44,571 nucleotides of DNA from a virus (Duplodnaviria > Caudoviricetes). The notes below the pieces were generated by a model. That model was not told where the DNA came from. It ran no database searches and saw nothing but the letters and a program-made list of their open reading frames with translations. Position numbers and translations under genes: made by a program. Shown in pieces: positions 36,284-44,571 of this stretch (positions are counted from its first letter, which is position 1; the number at the start of each line of letters is the position of its first letter). Location of the stretch: IMG/VR virus record IMGVR_UViG_3300010358_000001, positions 1 through 44,571 of that record. One strand, written 5' to 3'.

Positions 36284-36678
36284 GGCTGCGCTGCGAGTGC
36301 GGCAGGGAACTGCACGAGCACTTCCAGGGCACCGAATTCTGCATGGTGCCCGGCTCGACGTGCGAGAAAGTCAGGCACACGCTGCCCGACCTCGCGCCCA
36401 CCGAGCGCTACCTCGCACAGTGGTACGAGTCCAACGACTCGATGCTCGGCCCCACCGCGCACACAGACGACGACGGGCCGTGGGCACCCGAAATCGAAAA
36501 CGACGCCGAGTTCACGAAGGACTGGAAGAAGGCGCTGAAGCGAGCCCAGGGATGGGCGAGCGGCGGCGGTCACTTCAAGACCTGCCGCGTCGTCGTCGTC
36601 GACGTCGACACGCTGGAACTCGTCGACGACGAGCCCGTCGTGTGGGAGTCCAACCGGCGGATCACCGTCGAGGTGTAG
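36280..36678 (+). CDS. Hypothetical protein with a Cys/His-rich N-terminus
   Basis: ATGA coupling; CEC...H..H...C...C. Confidence 0.6.
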   Translation: MRLRCECGRELHEHFQGTEFCMVPGSTCEKVRHTLPDLAPTERYLAQWYESNDSMLGPTAHTDDDGPWAPEIENDAEFTKDWKKALKRAQGWASGGGHFKTCRVVVVDVDTLELVDDEPVVWESNRRITVEV

Positions 36679-36751
36679 GGATCGTTGCCCATTGCAGCCG
36701 GAAACGGCTGCATGGGGGAGCGATTCTGCTCCAAACCAAAGGGAGGGAGAA

Positions 36752-38200
36752 ATGGCAAGCAAGTTCGCAACCGCGGACAAAGCCAGGATTGCAACGTCGT
36801 TGCAACTCCTGCGCGACCTCGGCGGGCAGGCGATGACGGAGGACAAGATCACGTTCTCCGGGCACCGCATCACGCTGCCCGAAGGAACAAGCATCCCCGA
36901 CAACATCCGAATCCTGCAGCAGGTTCACGCCGAGCAGCAGCAGATGACGACGTTCAAGGAGACGTTCCTGTACCGGCCGTGGGACGGCGCGTACACCGGG
37001 TACAAGGCGATGAAGGAGGCGTTCGGGATGATCTCCCATCACGGAACGTTCTTCCAGGCGCCCGAACTCGTCACCATCCCCGTCGACGTCGACGAGACCG
37101 AACGCGTCCCCTGGGGACTGTTCTCGATCCCGTTCCTGCCCGGCGTGGAGTTCTCGTTCGGCTCCGTCATGCACGAGGAGTTCGGCGAGGTGTTCCAGGT
37201 CGCGGCGTCCGGCCCGCAGATGCTCGCCAGCGAGGTCAACGGCGTGTTCAAGCTGATCGGCGAGGCGCTGAAAACCGACTCGCTGTACCGCGGCAAGGCG
37301 CTCGACGGCAGGGATCAGCCGAACTTCATCGACGTGTTCAGCGTCGACCCTCGGACGGTCGTCTACTCCGAGGAGGTTCTGCGCCAACTGTCCGCCAACG
37401 TGTGGTCGTACATCAAGTACGCCGACGCGTACGCGGCAGCGGGAATCCCCACAAAGCGCAGCGTCGTTCTGTACGGGCCGTACGGCACCGGCAAGACGCT
37501 CGCCGGTCTGCTCACCGGGCAGGTCGCACGGCGGCACGGCTACACGTTCCTCATGGCTCGCCCCGGCAGGGACGACTTCATGAAGGTGCTGCAAACCGCG
37601 CGGCTGTACCAGCCCGCCGTCGTCTACTTCGAGGACGTCGACACCATCGCCAACCCGCAAGGGCTCGACGGTGACGGCCTCTCCATGCTGCTCGACGCGT
37701 TCGACGGGATCACGTCGAAGAACACGCGGATCATCGGCGTGTTCACGACGAACCACCCCGAGCGCGTGCACGCAGGCATGTGGCGGCCGGGACGGATCGA
37801 CAAGGCGATCAAGATCGGCTACCTGGACACCGTGGGCGTGGAGAAGCTGATCCGCGCCACCGTGCCGGAGACGATGATCGCCGGAGACGTCGACTTCCAG
37901 GCGATCAGCGACTCCATGCCGGAGTTCACGCCGAGCTTCATCACCGGCGTGGCGAAGGGCGCGTTCGACTACGCGCTCGACGCGGCGGAGGGCCACACTG
38001 AGGGAATCCTGCTCACCACACAGGACTTCCTCGACTCGGCACGCTCCTACCGCGACCAGCTGGAGCTGCAGCAGGGCGCCCCGGTCGACGCCCAGCACGA
38101 CTCGCTCAGCGACAGCCTGCACCGCGTCGTCGTTTCGGCGGCGAAGCAGGCAGCGAAGTCGGCGATCTACGACGAGGTTCACCCCGACGTCCTGATCTGA
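36752..38200 (+). CDS. AAA-family ATPase (classic clade with second region of homology)
   Basis: GPYGTGKT, VVYFEDVD, TTNHPER, RPGRID. Confidence 0.9.
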   Translation: MASKFATADKARIATSLQLLRDLGGQAMTEDKITFSGHRITLPEGTSIPDNIRILQQVHAEQQQMTTFKETFLYRPWDGAYTGYKAMKEAFGMISHHGTFFQAPELVTIPVDVDETERVPWGLFSIPFLPGVEFSFGSVMHEEFGEVFQVAASGPQMLASEVNGVFKLIGEALKTDSLYRGKALDGRDQPNFIDVFSVDPRTVVYSEEVLRQLSANVWSYIKYADAYAAAGIPTKRSVVLYGPYGTGKTLAGLLTGQVARRHGYTFLMARPGRDDFMKVLQTARLYQPAVVYFEDVDTIANPQGLDGDGLSMLLDAFDGITSKNTRIIGVFTTNHPERVHAGMWRPGRIDKAIKIGYLDTVGVEKLIRATVPETMIAGDVDFQAISDSMPEFTPSFITGVAKGAFDYALDAAEGHTEGILLTTQDFLDSARSYRDQLELQQGAPVDAQHDSLSDSLHRVVVSAAKQAAKSAIYDEVHPDVLI

Positions 38201-38279
38201 CGGCTAGTACCACGGGTAGCGCCCGGCAACGGGCGCCTCCCGGGGCACTCGCCCCGCACCAAAACCAAAGGGAGGGACT

Positions 38280-38681
38280 GTGGAACTACAGGAAATCCTG
38301 GAGCGGCTCAAAAAGGTCGAATCCAAAGTCGACGACCTGTTCGCCGACGTCGACAGCGCACCGTCCACGTCCGGCGCGTACGACACCCTGAGCGACGTTT
38401 ACGGCTACATCGAAAGCGCGCAAGGGGAGTTGCAATACGCGCTCGATCAGGTCTCCACCGCCCAAGGCGATCTGGAGAACCTGCCCGACGTGTACGGCCA
38501 AGTCGAAGAGTTGATGAATGAGGTCGCAGAGCTGCGGATCGAACTGGAAAAAGCGCTGCTCCAACGAACGACACCCGCGCTTCCGGCCGGGAAACCCACC
38601 AACAACATCAACAGCCCGGAACCGGAGCAAATCTCCACACCGACCAACGACGCGTTCGCCGCGCTCACCAAGCGTGGCTAG
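38280..38681 (+). CDS. Coiled-coil hypothetical protein
   Basis: CCAAAGGGAGGG RBS; heptad-like acidic sequence. Confidence 0.7.
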   Translation: MELQEILERLKKVESKVDDLFADVDSAPSTSGAYDTLSDVYGYIESAQGELQYALDQVSTAQGDLENLPDVYGQVEELMNEVAELRIELEKALLQRTTPALPAGKPTNNINSPEPEQISTPTNDAFAALTKRG

Positions 38682-38868
38682 GCGGCTAACAACCGGCACC
38701 GTCGTGGTCATCGTGGCGACGGTCGTCGTCCTCTACTACGTCATGTTGTGGGCTTCATACACACGGCCGCGGTAGGGAATTCCGCGTAGCCCGCAGCAGA
38801 CGAAAGCCAGGGGGGCCGGGTCTATTCCCTTCCGCCCGGCCCCCCGCCCCAAAGGGAGGGAAACCAGA

Positions 38869-39474
38869 ATGGACATGAACCAGCTGTTCGGCGAGCCGTG
38901 CACCGGCCCGGACGATCCGAACCACGGCGAGCATTGCAAGGAGCACCCGATGGTCGAGATCGTGCAGGGCGCGCTCGCCAAGGGGCCGCTGTGCCAGGTC
39001 ATGCCGCTCAACTTCTCCTCGCTGGCCGCGTACATGCAGGCCACCCTGGAGGAGAACGACGGCGACGTCGGCGTCACGACGGAGAAGCTGCTCAAGGAGG
39101 CCACGTTCGTGCTCACACAGATGACGGCCCTGATGGGCAATCCGCTGCTCGTGCTCGCGCTGTTCTCCAGCGCGATGAGTGCGTTCGGCATCGCCTCCGA
39201 GCTGATCCTCGGCTCCGAGGAGACGATCCTCGACCAGGCTCGCGATTACGTCGACTCCACCGGCGGCACGCCGGAGGAGGAGCGGGCGGCGCACGACCAG
39301 CTGACCGCCGTGATGTACGCGATGCTCCGCGGCAACGAGGCGATCAAGTTCCACCCGGCCGCCGTGGAGAAGTACGAGGCGATCCTCACCGAGGTCGGAC
39401 TCAACGACGAGCCGACGATCAGCGCGGAGCAGGCCAACGAGCTGCGCAAGCTCGTGGAGGGAAACGAGGAGTGA
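38869..39474 (+). CDS. Hypothetical protein
   Basis: CCCAAAGGGAGGGAAA RBS; 201 aa. Confidence 0.7.
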   Translation: MDMNQLFGEPCTGPDDPNHGEHCKEHPMVEIVQGALAKGPLCQVMPLNFSSLAAYMQATLEENDGDVGVTTEKLLKEATFVLTQMTALMGNPLLVLALFSSAMSAFGIASELILGSEETILDQARDYVDSTGGTPEEERAAHDQLTAVMYAMLRGNEAIKFHPAAVEKYEAILTEVGLNDEPTISAEQANELRKLVEGNEE

Positions 39475-39744
39475 CAAAGACCGGCGCCCGTGGGCCGACG
39501 AACAGAACACGCGGGCTCGTTGTCCCGGAGTGAACGGGGCCGGGCGGGGGCGACCGGAACGATCGAAGGCGCGCCCCGCCACCTTTTTCCTTCTGAGAGG
39601 GGCGGCGGCATCGGCAATCGACGCACGGCCACGCCGACGTAGCCGCCGCCGCTCTGAGGAGGGGCGGCCTGCACCTCCGGGAAGATTCGTGCGGACCGCC
39701 CCGGACAAGTCTGTCCGGCCGGGCAAGTCTGTTCAATTCCCGGC

Positions 39745-40662
39745 ATGGCACCGAACTGGGACTACAAGAATCCGTACCCGGGTGGCCCCGCCGTCACCAC
39801 CTGCAAGCTCCCCAGGCCGCTCTACCCCAAGGACGCGAAGGGATACACAGCATCCGACCCCGGTCCTGATGTGAAGGCGCTGAAGCGCACCATCAGCAGG
39901 CTGGGGCGTTGGCCGTGGCAGGACGGAGGGTCGTTCTCCACGGAGTACACGAAGGAGTTCGCGTACGGCAAGGCGGGCGGCAACGTCGCCGACTCCGGGC
40001 TCGCCGGATACCAGCGGCAGATGAACATCCAGGCCACCGGCTACCTCGGAGAGACGACGTACAACAGCCTGCGCAACGCGCGCATCCCGTCGGGGCTGCC
40101 AAACGCCGGGCAGCCCGGCATGGACGCCACCGCGATCAACCTGTTCGAAGAGGCGTGGCAGATCTACAAGGGAAAGCCGACGCCGCCGCCGTCGAAGGAC
40201 ACGCTGCGCCAAACCGCCCTCGCCAAGTCTGTAAGCCAGATCGGCACCAAAGAATCACCGGCTGGTAGCAATCAGTGCAAGTACTGCGACTGGTACGGCA
40301 TGGTCGGCCCGTGGTGCGCGATGTTCGTGACGTGGTGCTACGAAACGTGTGGGGACAGCCCAGCGTTTGTGAAAGGCTCGCGCTATGCGTACGTCCCATA
40401 CGTGGTTTCTGATGCGCAGAACTCGCGCTACGGCCTCTCCGTCACCAGCTCCCCCATCCCCGGCGACCTCGTGTGCTACGACTGGGACGGTGGAGATTAC
40501 GACCACATCGGCATCTTCGAATCCGGCAATTCCAACAATTGGAACGCCATCGAGGGTAATACTTCTACCTCCAACAACAGCAATGGAGGCGAGGTAATGC
40601 GTCGCAACAGACAGCGGCAGCAAGCAGCGAAGATCTGCTTCGTGCGGGTCGCTGAACCGTGA
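39745..40662 (+). CDS. Endolysin: PG-binding-like N-terminus plus CHAP domain
   Basis: PWCAMFV.W, PGDLV.YDW, DHIGI.E, IEGNTS. Confidence 0.85.
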   Translation: MAPNWDYKNPYPGGPAVTTCKLPRPLYPKDAKGYTASDPGPDVKALKRTISRLGRWPWQDGGSFSTEYTKEFAYGKAGGNVADSGLAGYQRQMNIQATGYLGETTYNSLRNARIPSGLPNAGQPGMDATAINLFEEAWQIYKGKPTPPPSKDTLRQTALAKSVSQIGTKESPAGSNQCKYCDWYGMVGPWCAMFVTWCYETCGDSPAFVKGSRYAYVPYVVSDAQNSRYGLSVTSSPIPGDLVCYDWDGGDYDHIGIFESGNSNNWNAIEGNTSTSNNSNGGEVMRRNRQRQQAAKICFVRVAEP

Positions 40663-40673
40663 TGGGAGGCAAA

Positions 40674-40751
40674 GTGACACTCACCCTGGAGGGCGTGGCC
40701 CTCGCCGTGATCGCCGTCTGCCTGGTGGTGCTCACGTTCCACTGGACGTAG
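40674..40751 (+). CDS. 25-aa transmembrane peptide (lysis cassette)
   Basis: GGGAGG RBS; MTLTLEGVALAVIAVCLVVLTFHWT. Confidence 0.45.
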   Translation: MTLTLEGVALAVIAVCLVVLTFHWT

Positions 40752-40755
40752 TGAT

Positions 40756-40932
40756 GTGGCGCCGCTCGACCAGCTGGCCGCGATCGGCGCGTTCCTGTCC
40801 GGCGCGGCGGCGGTGATCGGCGCGCGGCGGGCGATCAGAGAGGAGCGCAAGCGCTCCGACGAGAACTGCGAGAAACGGATCGGCGCGCTGAAGGAAGGCA
40901 TCGAGATCGGTGAAGACCATGAAGATCGGTAA
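40756..40932 (+). CDS. Putative holin-like membrane protein
   Basis: One TM helix (LAAIGAFLSGAAAVIGA) plus a charged tail; follows the endolysin. Confidence 0.5.
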   Translation: MAPLDQLAAIGAFLSGAAAVIGARRAIREERKRSDENCEKRIGALKEGIEIGEDHEDR

Positions 40933-41218
40933 GCCGGTGGTGTACGCCGCGGTGGCGCTCACCTTCGCCGGAGGCGCCGGGTTCCTGGCCGCCACCTCGA
41001 TCGGCGCCGGAACGCAGGCGCCCACGCAGACGGTCACCATCGACGTGGGAACCGGCGCGCAGGGCCCTCCCGGTCCAGTCGGTCCAGTCGGTCCGCAAGG
41101 CCCCGCCGGGCCGACCGGGCCCGCGGGTTTGGAGTGCATCAGCGGGTTCGCCCCCGGCATCCTCGTGATCAACGCCCCCAAGGGCCAGGTCACGCTGTAC
41201 ACCTGCCTCAAGTCCTAG
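40910..41218 (+). CDS. Exported/membrane protein with collagen repeats
   Basis: Hydrophobic N-terminus, Gly-X-Y repeats, two C-terminal Cys. Confidence 0.65.
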   Translation: MKTMKIGKPVVYAAVALTFAGGAGFLAATSIGAGTQAPTQTVTIDVGTGAQGPPGPVGPVGPQGPAGPTGPAGLECISGFAPGILVINAPKGQVTLYTCLKS

Positions 41219-41326
41219 GGGCGGTCATGTCTGTGCGACGGGGTTTCATCTCCATGTAGATAACCCGCCACATCCGGCCCGCTCCCTAGGATCTTCCCGA
41301 GTATACTGCGGGAAGGAGGTGAGCGC

Positions 41327-42097
41327 ATGAGCAACGAGATCGAGATCGTGCCCGACGAGGCCGATCAGGGAGACCTTCTCCCAGCTCCACAGGAGCCGCC
41401 TGCGCCGATGATGAACCTGTTCGGGACAGATGACCCGGCCGAGGTGATCCAGCGCGCCACGGCGGCCGCAAATGCGTTGATGGAGGTCGTGGAGGCGAAG
41501 GGGCTGGTCGTCCGCATCGGCCCGTCGAAGCATCCCAAGGTGGAGGCGTGGACGCTGCTCGGCTCGATGCTGGGCGTGTTCCCCGTCGTGGAGTGGACGA
41601 AGCCGATCGTGCGCGGCGGCGTGAAGGGCTACGAGGCCCGCGTCGTGGCGACCACCCTGGCCGGGGCCACCGTCGGCGCGGCTGAGGCGGAGTGCCTGTC
41701 CAACGAACGCAACTGGATCGGGAAGCCCGATTACGCGCTGCGCTCGATGGCGCAGACCAGAGCCACGTCGAAGGCGCTGGCCGGTCCGCTCAGGTTCATC
41801 ATGGTACTCGCCGGGTTCGAAGGAACACCCGCCGAGGAGATGGACGGGGTGAAGAACAACCGCCCCGCTCCGGCCCAGCCCGTGAGCTTCCAGCGCGACG
41901 AGCTGCTCGACGAGATCGAGGCGTTCTTCGCGCGCACCAAGGACGATCCCCCACAGGGGTTCTCGCCGAAGGAGGTCGTGGAGACCGCCAACCGGCTGTG
42001 GGGCACCCCGCAGCGGCAGATCGAGGTGCTGGCCGACATGGACGGCGAGGAACTCGATGCGATCAAGCGCTCCGCGAAGCAAACAGGAGTGTGGTGA
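41327..42097 (+). CDS. Putative single-strand annealing recombinase
   Basis: SMAQTRATSKAL...TPAEEM motif; near an exonuclease; TATACT and AAGGAGGT upstream. Confidence 0.6.
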   Translation: MSNEIEIVPDEADQGDLLPAPQEPPAPMMNLFGTDDPAEVIQRATAAANALMEVVEAKGLVVRIGPSKHPKVEAWTLLGSMLGVFPVVEWTKPIVRGGVKGYEARVVATTLAGATVGAAEAECLSNERNWIGKPDYALRSMAQTRATSKALAGPLRFIMVLAGFEGTPAEEMDGVKNNRPAPAQPVSFQRDELLDEIEAFFARTKDDPPQGFSPKEVVETANRLWGTPQRQIEVLADMDGEELDAIKRSAKQTGVW

Positions 42098-42333
42098 TGG
42101 CGTACCGACTGCACATGAAGCGCACCGGACCGAATCGTGAATACGGCTGGTACACGCTGACGGTGCCCGCCAGGGTGGCCGCGTTGATCCCGGAGGGAAT
42201 GGAATTCATGGTGGAGGTTGACTCCAAGGGAATTCACTACCTGCCCGTGGACAGCGACGTGGCGATCAACAGGCCCGACTGGGCCAAGCCACCGGAAGAG
42301 GAGGAAGATGACCGAGGTGAGGATGGTATGTGA
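42097..42333 (+). CDS. AbrB/MazE-like DNA-binding protein
   Basis: YTLTVPA.VA...IPEGMEF.VEVD..GIHY.P. Confidence 0.5.
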   Translation: MAYRLHMKRTGPNREYGWYTLTVPARVAALIPEGMEFMVEVDSKGIHYLPVDSDVAINRPDWAKPPEEEEDDRGEDGM

Positions 42334-42475
42334 AGTATGCGGTCGAATTGGAACACGAAACTTCATCGTGTTAAACACGAACGGTCACACCGACAAACCG
42401 TACGTACGCTGCGCAACAATTACGGCGTGTGTGACGAGGCAGATGAAGAACACTCGCAAAGGGAGGGCGACATGA
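42308..42475 (+). CDS. Small zinc-finger protein
   Basis: CEVCG...C...C. Confidence 0.5.
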   Translation: MTEVRMVCEVCGRIGTRNFIVLNTNGHTDKPYVRCATITACVTRQMKNTRKGRAT

Positions 42476-42657
42476 ACGACGAGGTACTAGAAGCCCGCCT
42501 GGACGACGCCGATCTGCGCCGCAAGCGCGAGAAGGAAGCGATCCTCGATCGCGACGTGTGCACGATCTGCGGGCAGCTGATCGAGCCCCGGCCGCTGTTC
42601 TGGATGGACGGCAGGCCGGTTCACATGCTGTGCAAGCAGCTACAGCTCGGTGCATGA
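42472..42657 (+). CDS. Small zinc-finger protein
   Basis: CAAAGGGAGGG RBS; CTICG...H..C. Confidence 0.6.
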   Translation: MNDEVLEARLDDADLRRKREKEAILDRDVCTICGQLIEPRPLFWMDGRPVHMLCKQLQLGA

Positions 42658-43559
42658 AGGAGTTCGCTCCGCGCAGCCTGGAGGATCTGCGGCACGAGTG
42701 GCCGCCGGATCTGAAGCACATCTCGGCGTCCAGCCTGAAGATGTGGATGCGCTGCCCGGAGCAGTGGCGGCGGCGGTACGTGCTTCACCAGCGCGTGCCG
42801 CCCGCCGCCGCCCTGATCCAGGGCCGCGCCGACCACCAGGCGATCGCGGGCAACTTCGAGCAGAAGCTGGAGACGCAGGAGGATCTGGCCGTCTCTGACG
42901 TAGCGGCCTTGTTTGTCGAAGCCTTCGAAGGCGAGATCGACAAAGAAGGGGGCTACGCCGAGGTGGACTGGGGCGAGTCCAACACGTCCATGAAGGAGAA
43001 GCGCCGCGAGGCTGGGCGCATCAAGGATCGTGGTGTGGAGCTGGTCTCGATCTACCACAAGGAGGTGTCCCCGTGGGTGATGCCGGAGTCCGTGGAGTAC
43101 AGGTTCGACCTGCCCGCCGGTGATCTCCCCGTTGCCGTGATCGGCTACATCGACCTCACGGCGTACGACGTGAACGCCTTCCACGCGCCGGGTGAGAGCG
43201 GCGTCGTGGACGGCACCTTGAAGATGATCGAGAGGAAAACGTCGGCGACGAAGCGCACGCAGCCTGAGTGGGCCGTGCAGGCCCTGGTCTACCAGCAGGC
43301 CCGTCCGCTGGACGTCGACTTCCACCTGTCGATCAAACAGGCCCGCCAGTACGTAGCGTGGGCCGACCCTAAATGGCGGGTGTCCTACACGGACACCACG
43401 CGACGACGAGGGATGCTGCTCTTGCAGCAGCTGGTCTCCGAGATCGGGCTCACCTACCAGCAGTACGGGCCTGACCTGGCGTGGCCGGGGCATGGTCTCA
43501 ACCACCCGTGGGCGTGTGGCTACTGCGGCTACGCGCCTCTGTGCTGGTGGAAGCGCTGA
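42654..43559 (+). CDS. PD-(D/E)XK exonuclease (RecB/Cas4-like)
   Basis: ISASSL...RCP, G...H, GYIDL, ERKT, Q...Y, CGYCGY..LC. Confidence 0.85.
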   Translation: MKEFAPRSLEDLRHEWPPDLKHISASSLKMWMRCPEQWRRRYVLHQRVPPAAALIQGRADHQAIAGNFEQKLETQEDLAVSDVAALFVEAFEGEIDKEGGYAEVDWGESNTSMKEKRREAGRIKDRGVELVSIYHKEVSPWVMPESVEYRFDLPAGDLPVAVIGYIDLTAYDVNAFHAPGESGVVDGTLKMIERKTSATKRTQPEWAVQALVYQQARPLDVDFHLSIKQARQYVAWADPKWRVSYTDTTRRRGMLLLQQLVSEIGLTYQQYGPDLAWPGHGLNHPWACGYCGYAPLCWWKR

Positions 43560-43612
43560 TCATGTAAGATGATGTAGGACATGCAGTACCGACTGTAGGG
43601 AGAGGTGAGGAT

Positions 43613-44571
43613 ATGAGTGTGAAAGGAGCCAAGACCTGGCTCACCGACCCACGGCGCGCTGACAAGACTCAGCTGATCGCGATCGCTCGCGTGCAGCTGA
43701 TGAACATCTTCGAAGCAGCCGGGATTCCGTGGGATCCGCCGCAGAACACCGCTCCGGGACGCCGCCTCGGCACCTCGGAGCGGCTGTACGAGTTCTTGCA
43801 GGGAGTGTCGGTCGAGGTCGGCCACCCGCTGAAGAACACGCGTACGGTGGCCGCCAACCTGTACCCGTTCCGCAAGGACGAGAACGCAACGATCGGGCCG
43901 GGCCTGGTGGACACGGTTGCCGAGGCGTACCGGCGGATCGAGGAAGACGACTCGATCATGGAGCGCATCACGACCGTGGAGCTGCACTGCGAGGAGTGCG
44001 ACCGGGAGTTTCCGACTCCCACCGCGCTGCGTCGCCACCGGCAGTTCACCCACGGCGCGCCGGTGCGCTACCCGCTGGCGAACATCACGCCACGGGACCC
44101 GGTGAGGCAGGCAGCGAGAGTCCAGGCGGGGCGTGACTACTCGGTGGACGAGAACGCGTCGGGCCGTGCGTACCAGGCGATGCACGACCTGCAGCTGGCG
44201 CACCGCAGGAGGATCCAGAGGCGGCTGCGCAAAGTGGTCGCCCAGCTGGGTGGGGGCCGCACGGCGGCGATCCTCATGGAGGAGTCGGCGATCGCAGGGC
44301 GGCGGGTGAGCCCGTCATTCCAGTCCGCGCACCGTTCCGTGGAGCACCTCGTCAACACGCCGACGCTGAAGAACCAGAAGGTGTGGTTCTGGGAGATGGT
44401 CGAGTACGGGCTGCCGCGTGCCGAGGAAGAGGCCACGCGTGTTGCCGCAGATGTTGCCGCGGCGCACGCGAAGATGGATGAGCAGCCGGTGACGGAAGAG
44501 CCGGTCGGCGTGGTCGTCGAGGAGGAGCCGCCGCGGGCAATCCTGACCGTCGAGGAGGCTGAGCTGTACGC
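43613..44571 (+). CDS. C2H2 zinc-finger protein, 5' part (continues across the junction to 352; about 395 aa in total)
   Basis: ATG at 43613 after GAGGTGAGG; open frame joins ORF 26..352; contains CEECDREFPTPTALRRHRQFTH. Confidence 0.8.
   Translation, partial: MSVKGAKTWLTDPRRADKTQLIAIARVQLMNIFEAAGIPWDPPQNTAPGRRLGTSERLYEFLQGVSVEVGHPLKNTRTVAANLYPFRKDENATIGPGLVDTVAEAYRRIEEDDSIMERITTVELHCEECDREFPTPTALRRHRQFTHGAPVRYPLANITPRDPVRQAARVQAGRDYSVDENASGRAYQAMHDLQLAHRRRIQRRLRKVVAQLGGGRTAAILMEESAIAGRRVSPSFQSAHRSVEHLVNTPTLKNQKVWFWEMVEYGLPRAEEEATRVAADVAAAHAKMDEQPVTEEPVGVVVEEEPPRAILTVEEAELY
44449..44571 (+). repeat. Terminal direct repeat, right copy
   Basis: agatgttgccgc...gctgtacgc is identical to 1-123. 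Confidence 0.95.

Larger units (their letters stand above)
1..44571. mobile_element. Complete tailed bacteriophage genome (podovirus-like gene set), circularly assembled
   Basis: Terminase, portal, capsid, tail and lysis genes present; the two ends overlap by 123 bp; no host housekeeping genes seen. Confidence 0.93.

Noticed and set aside
42654-43559. Cas4 as part of a CRISPR system
   Set aside because: No repeat-spacer array or other cas genes; its position near the annealing protein fits a recombination exonuclease

Overview
The window looks like a complete, circularly assembled high-GC dsDNA phage genome of about 44,448 bp; bases 1-123 are repeated at 44449-44571. The host is probably actinobacterial (inferred from GC content, gene families and a LexA-box-like motif). 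A minus-strand podovirus-style virion module runs terS, terL, portal, scaffold, major capsid, adaptor, nozzle, three ejection proteins and a transglycosylase/M15 protein. A plus-strand collagen/Gly-rich tail-fibre cassette sits at 26.7-29.9 kb. A plus-strand early arm starts after a non-coding region at 32.3-33.1 kb and carries an AAA ATPase, a CHAP endolysin cassette, a putative single-strand annealing protein with a RecB/Cas4-like nuclease, a C2H2 zinc-finger protein, a LexA-like HTH, an Rpf-like hydrolase and a VRR-NUC nuclease. I recognised no integrase, DNA polymerase, tRNA or CRISPR array. The strongest candidate for a new system is a set of hairpins whose loops are antisense to phage ribosome-binding sites, chiefly the 24840-24898 stem-loop that complements the CAAAGGGAGGG motif found before about eight genes. 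Other highlights are a small protein that copies a 40-aa portal segment, a perfect 26-bp (CG)7 inverted repeat flanking the reversed tail-fibre block, and an N-terminal motif shared by two large proteins. All functional calls come from recognising motifs by eye; no database searches were run.
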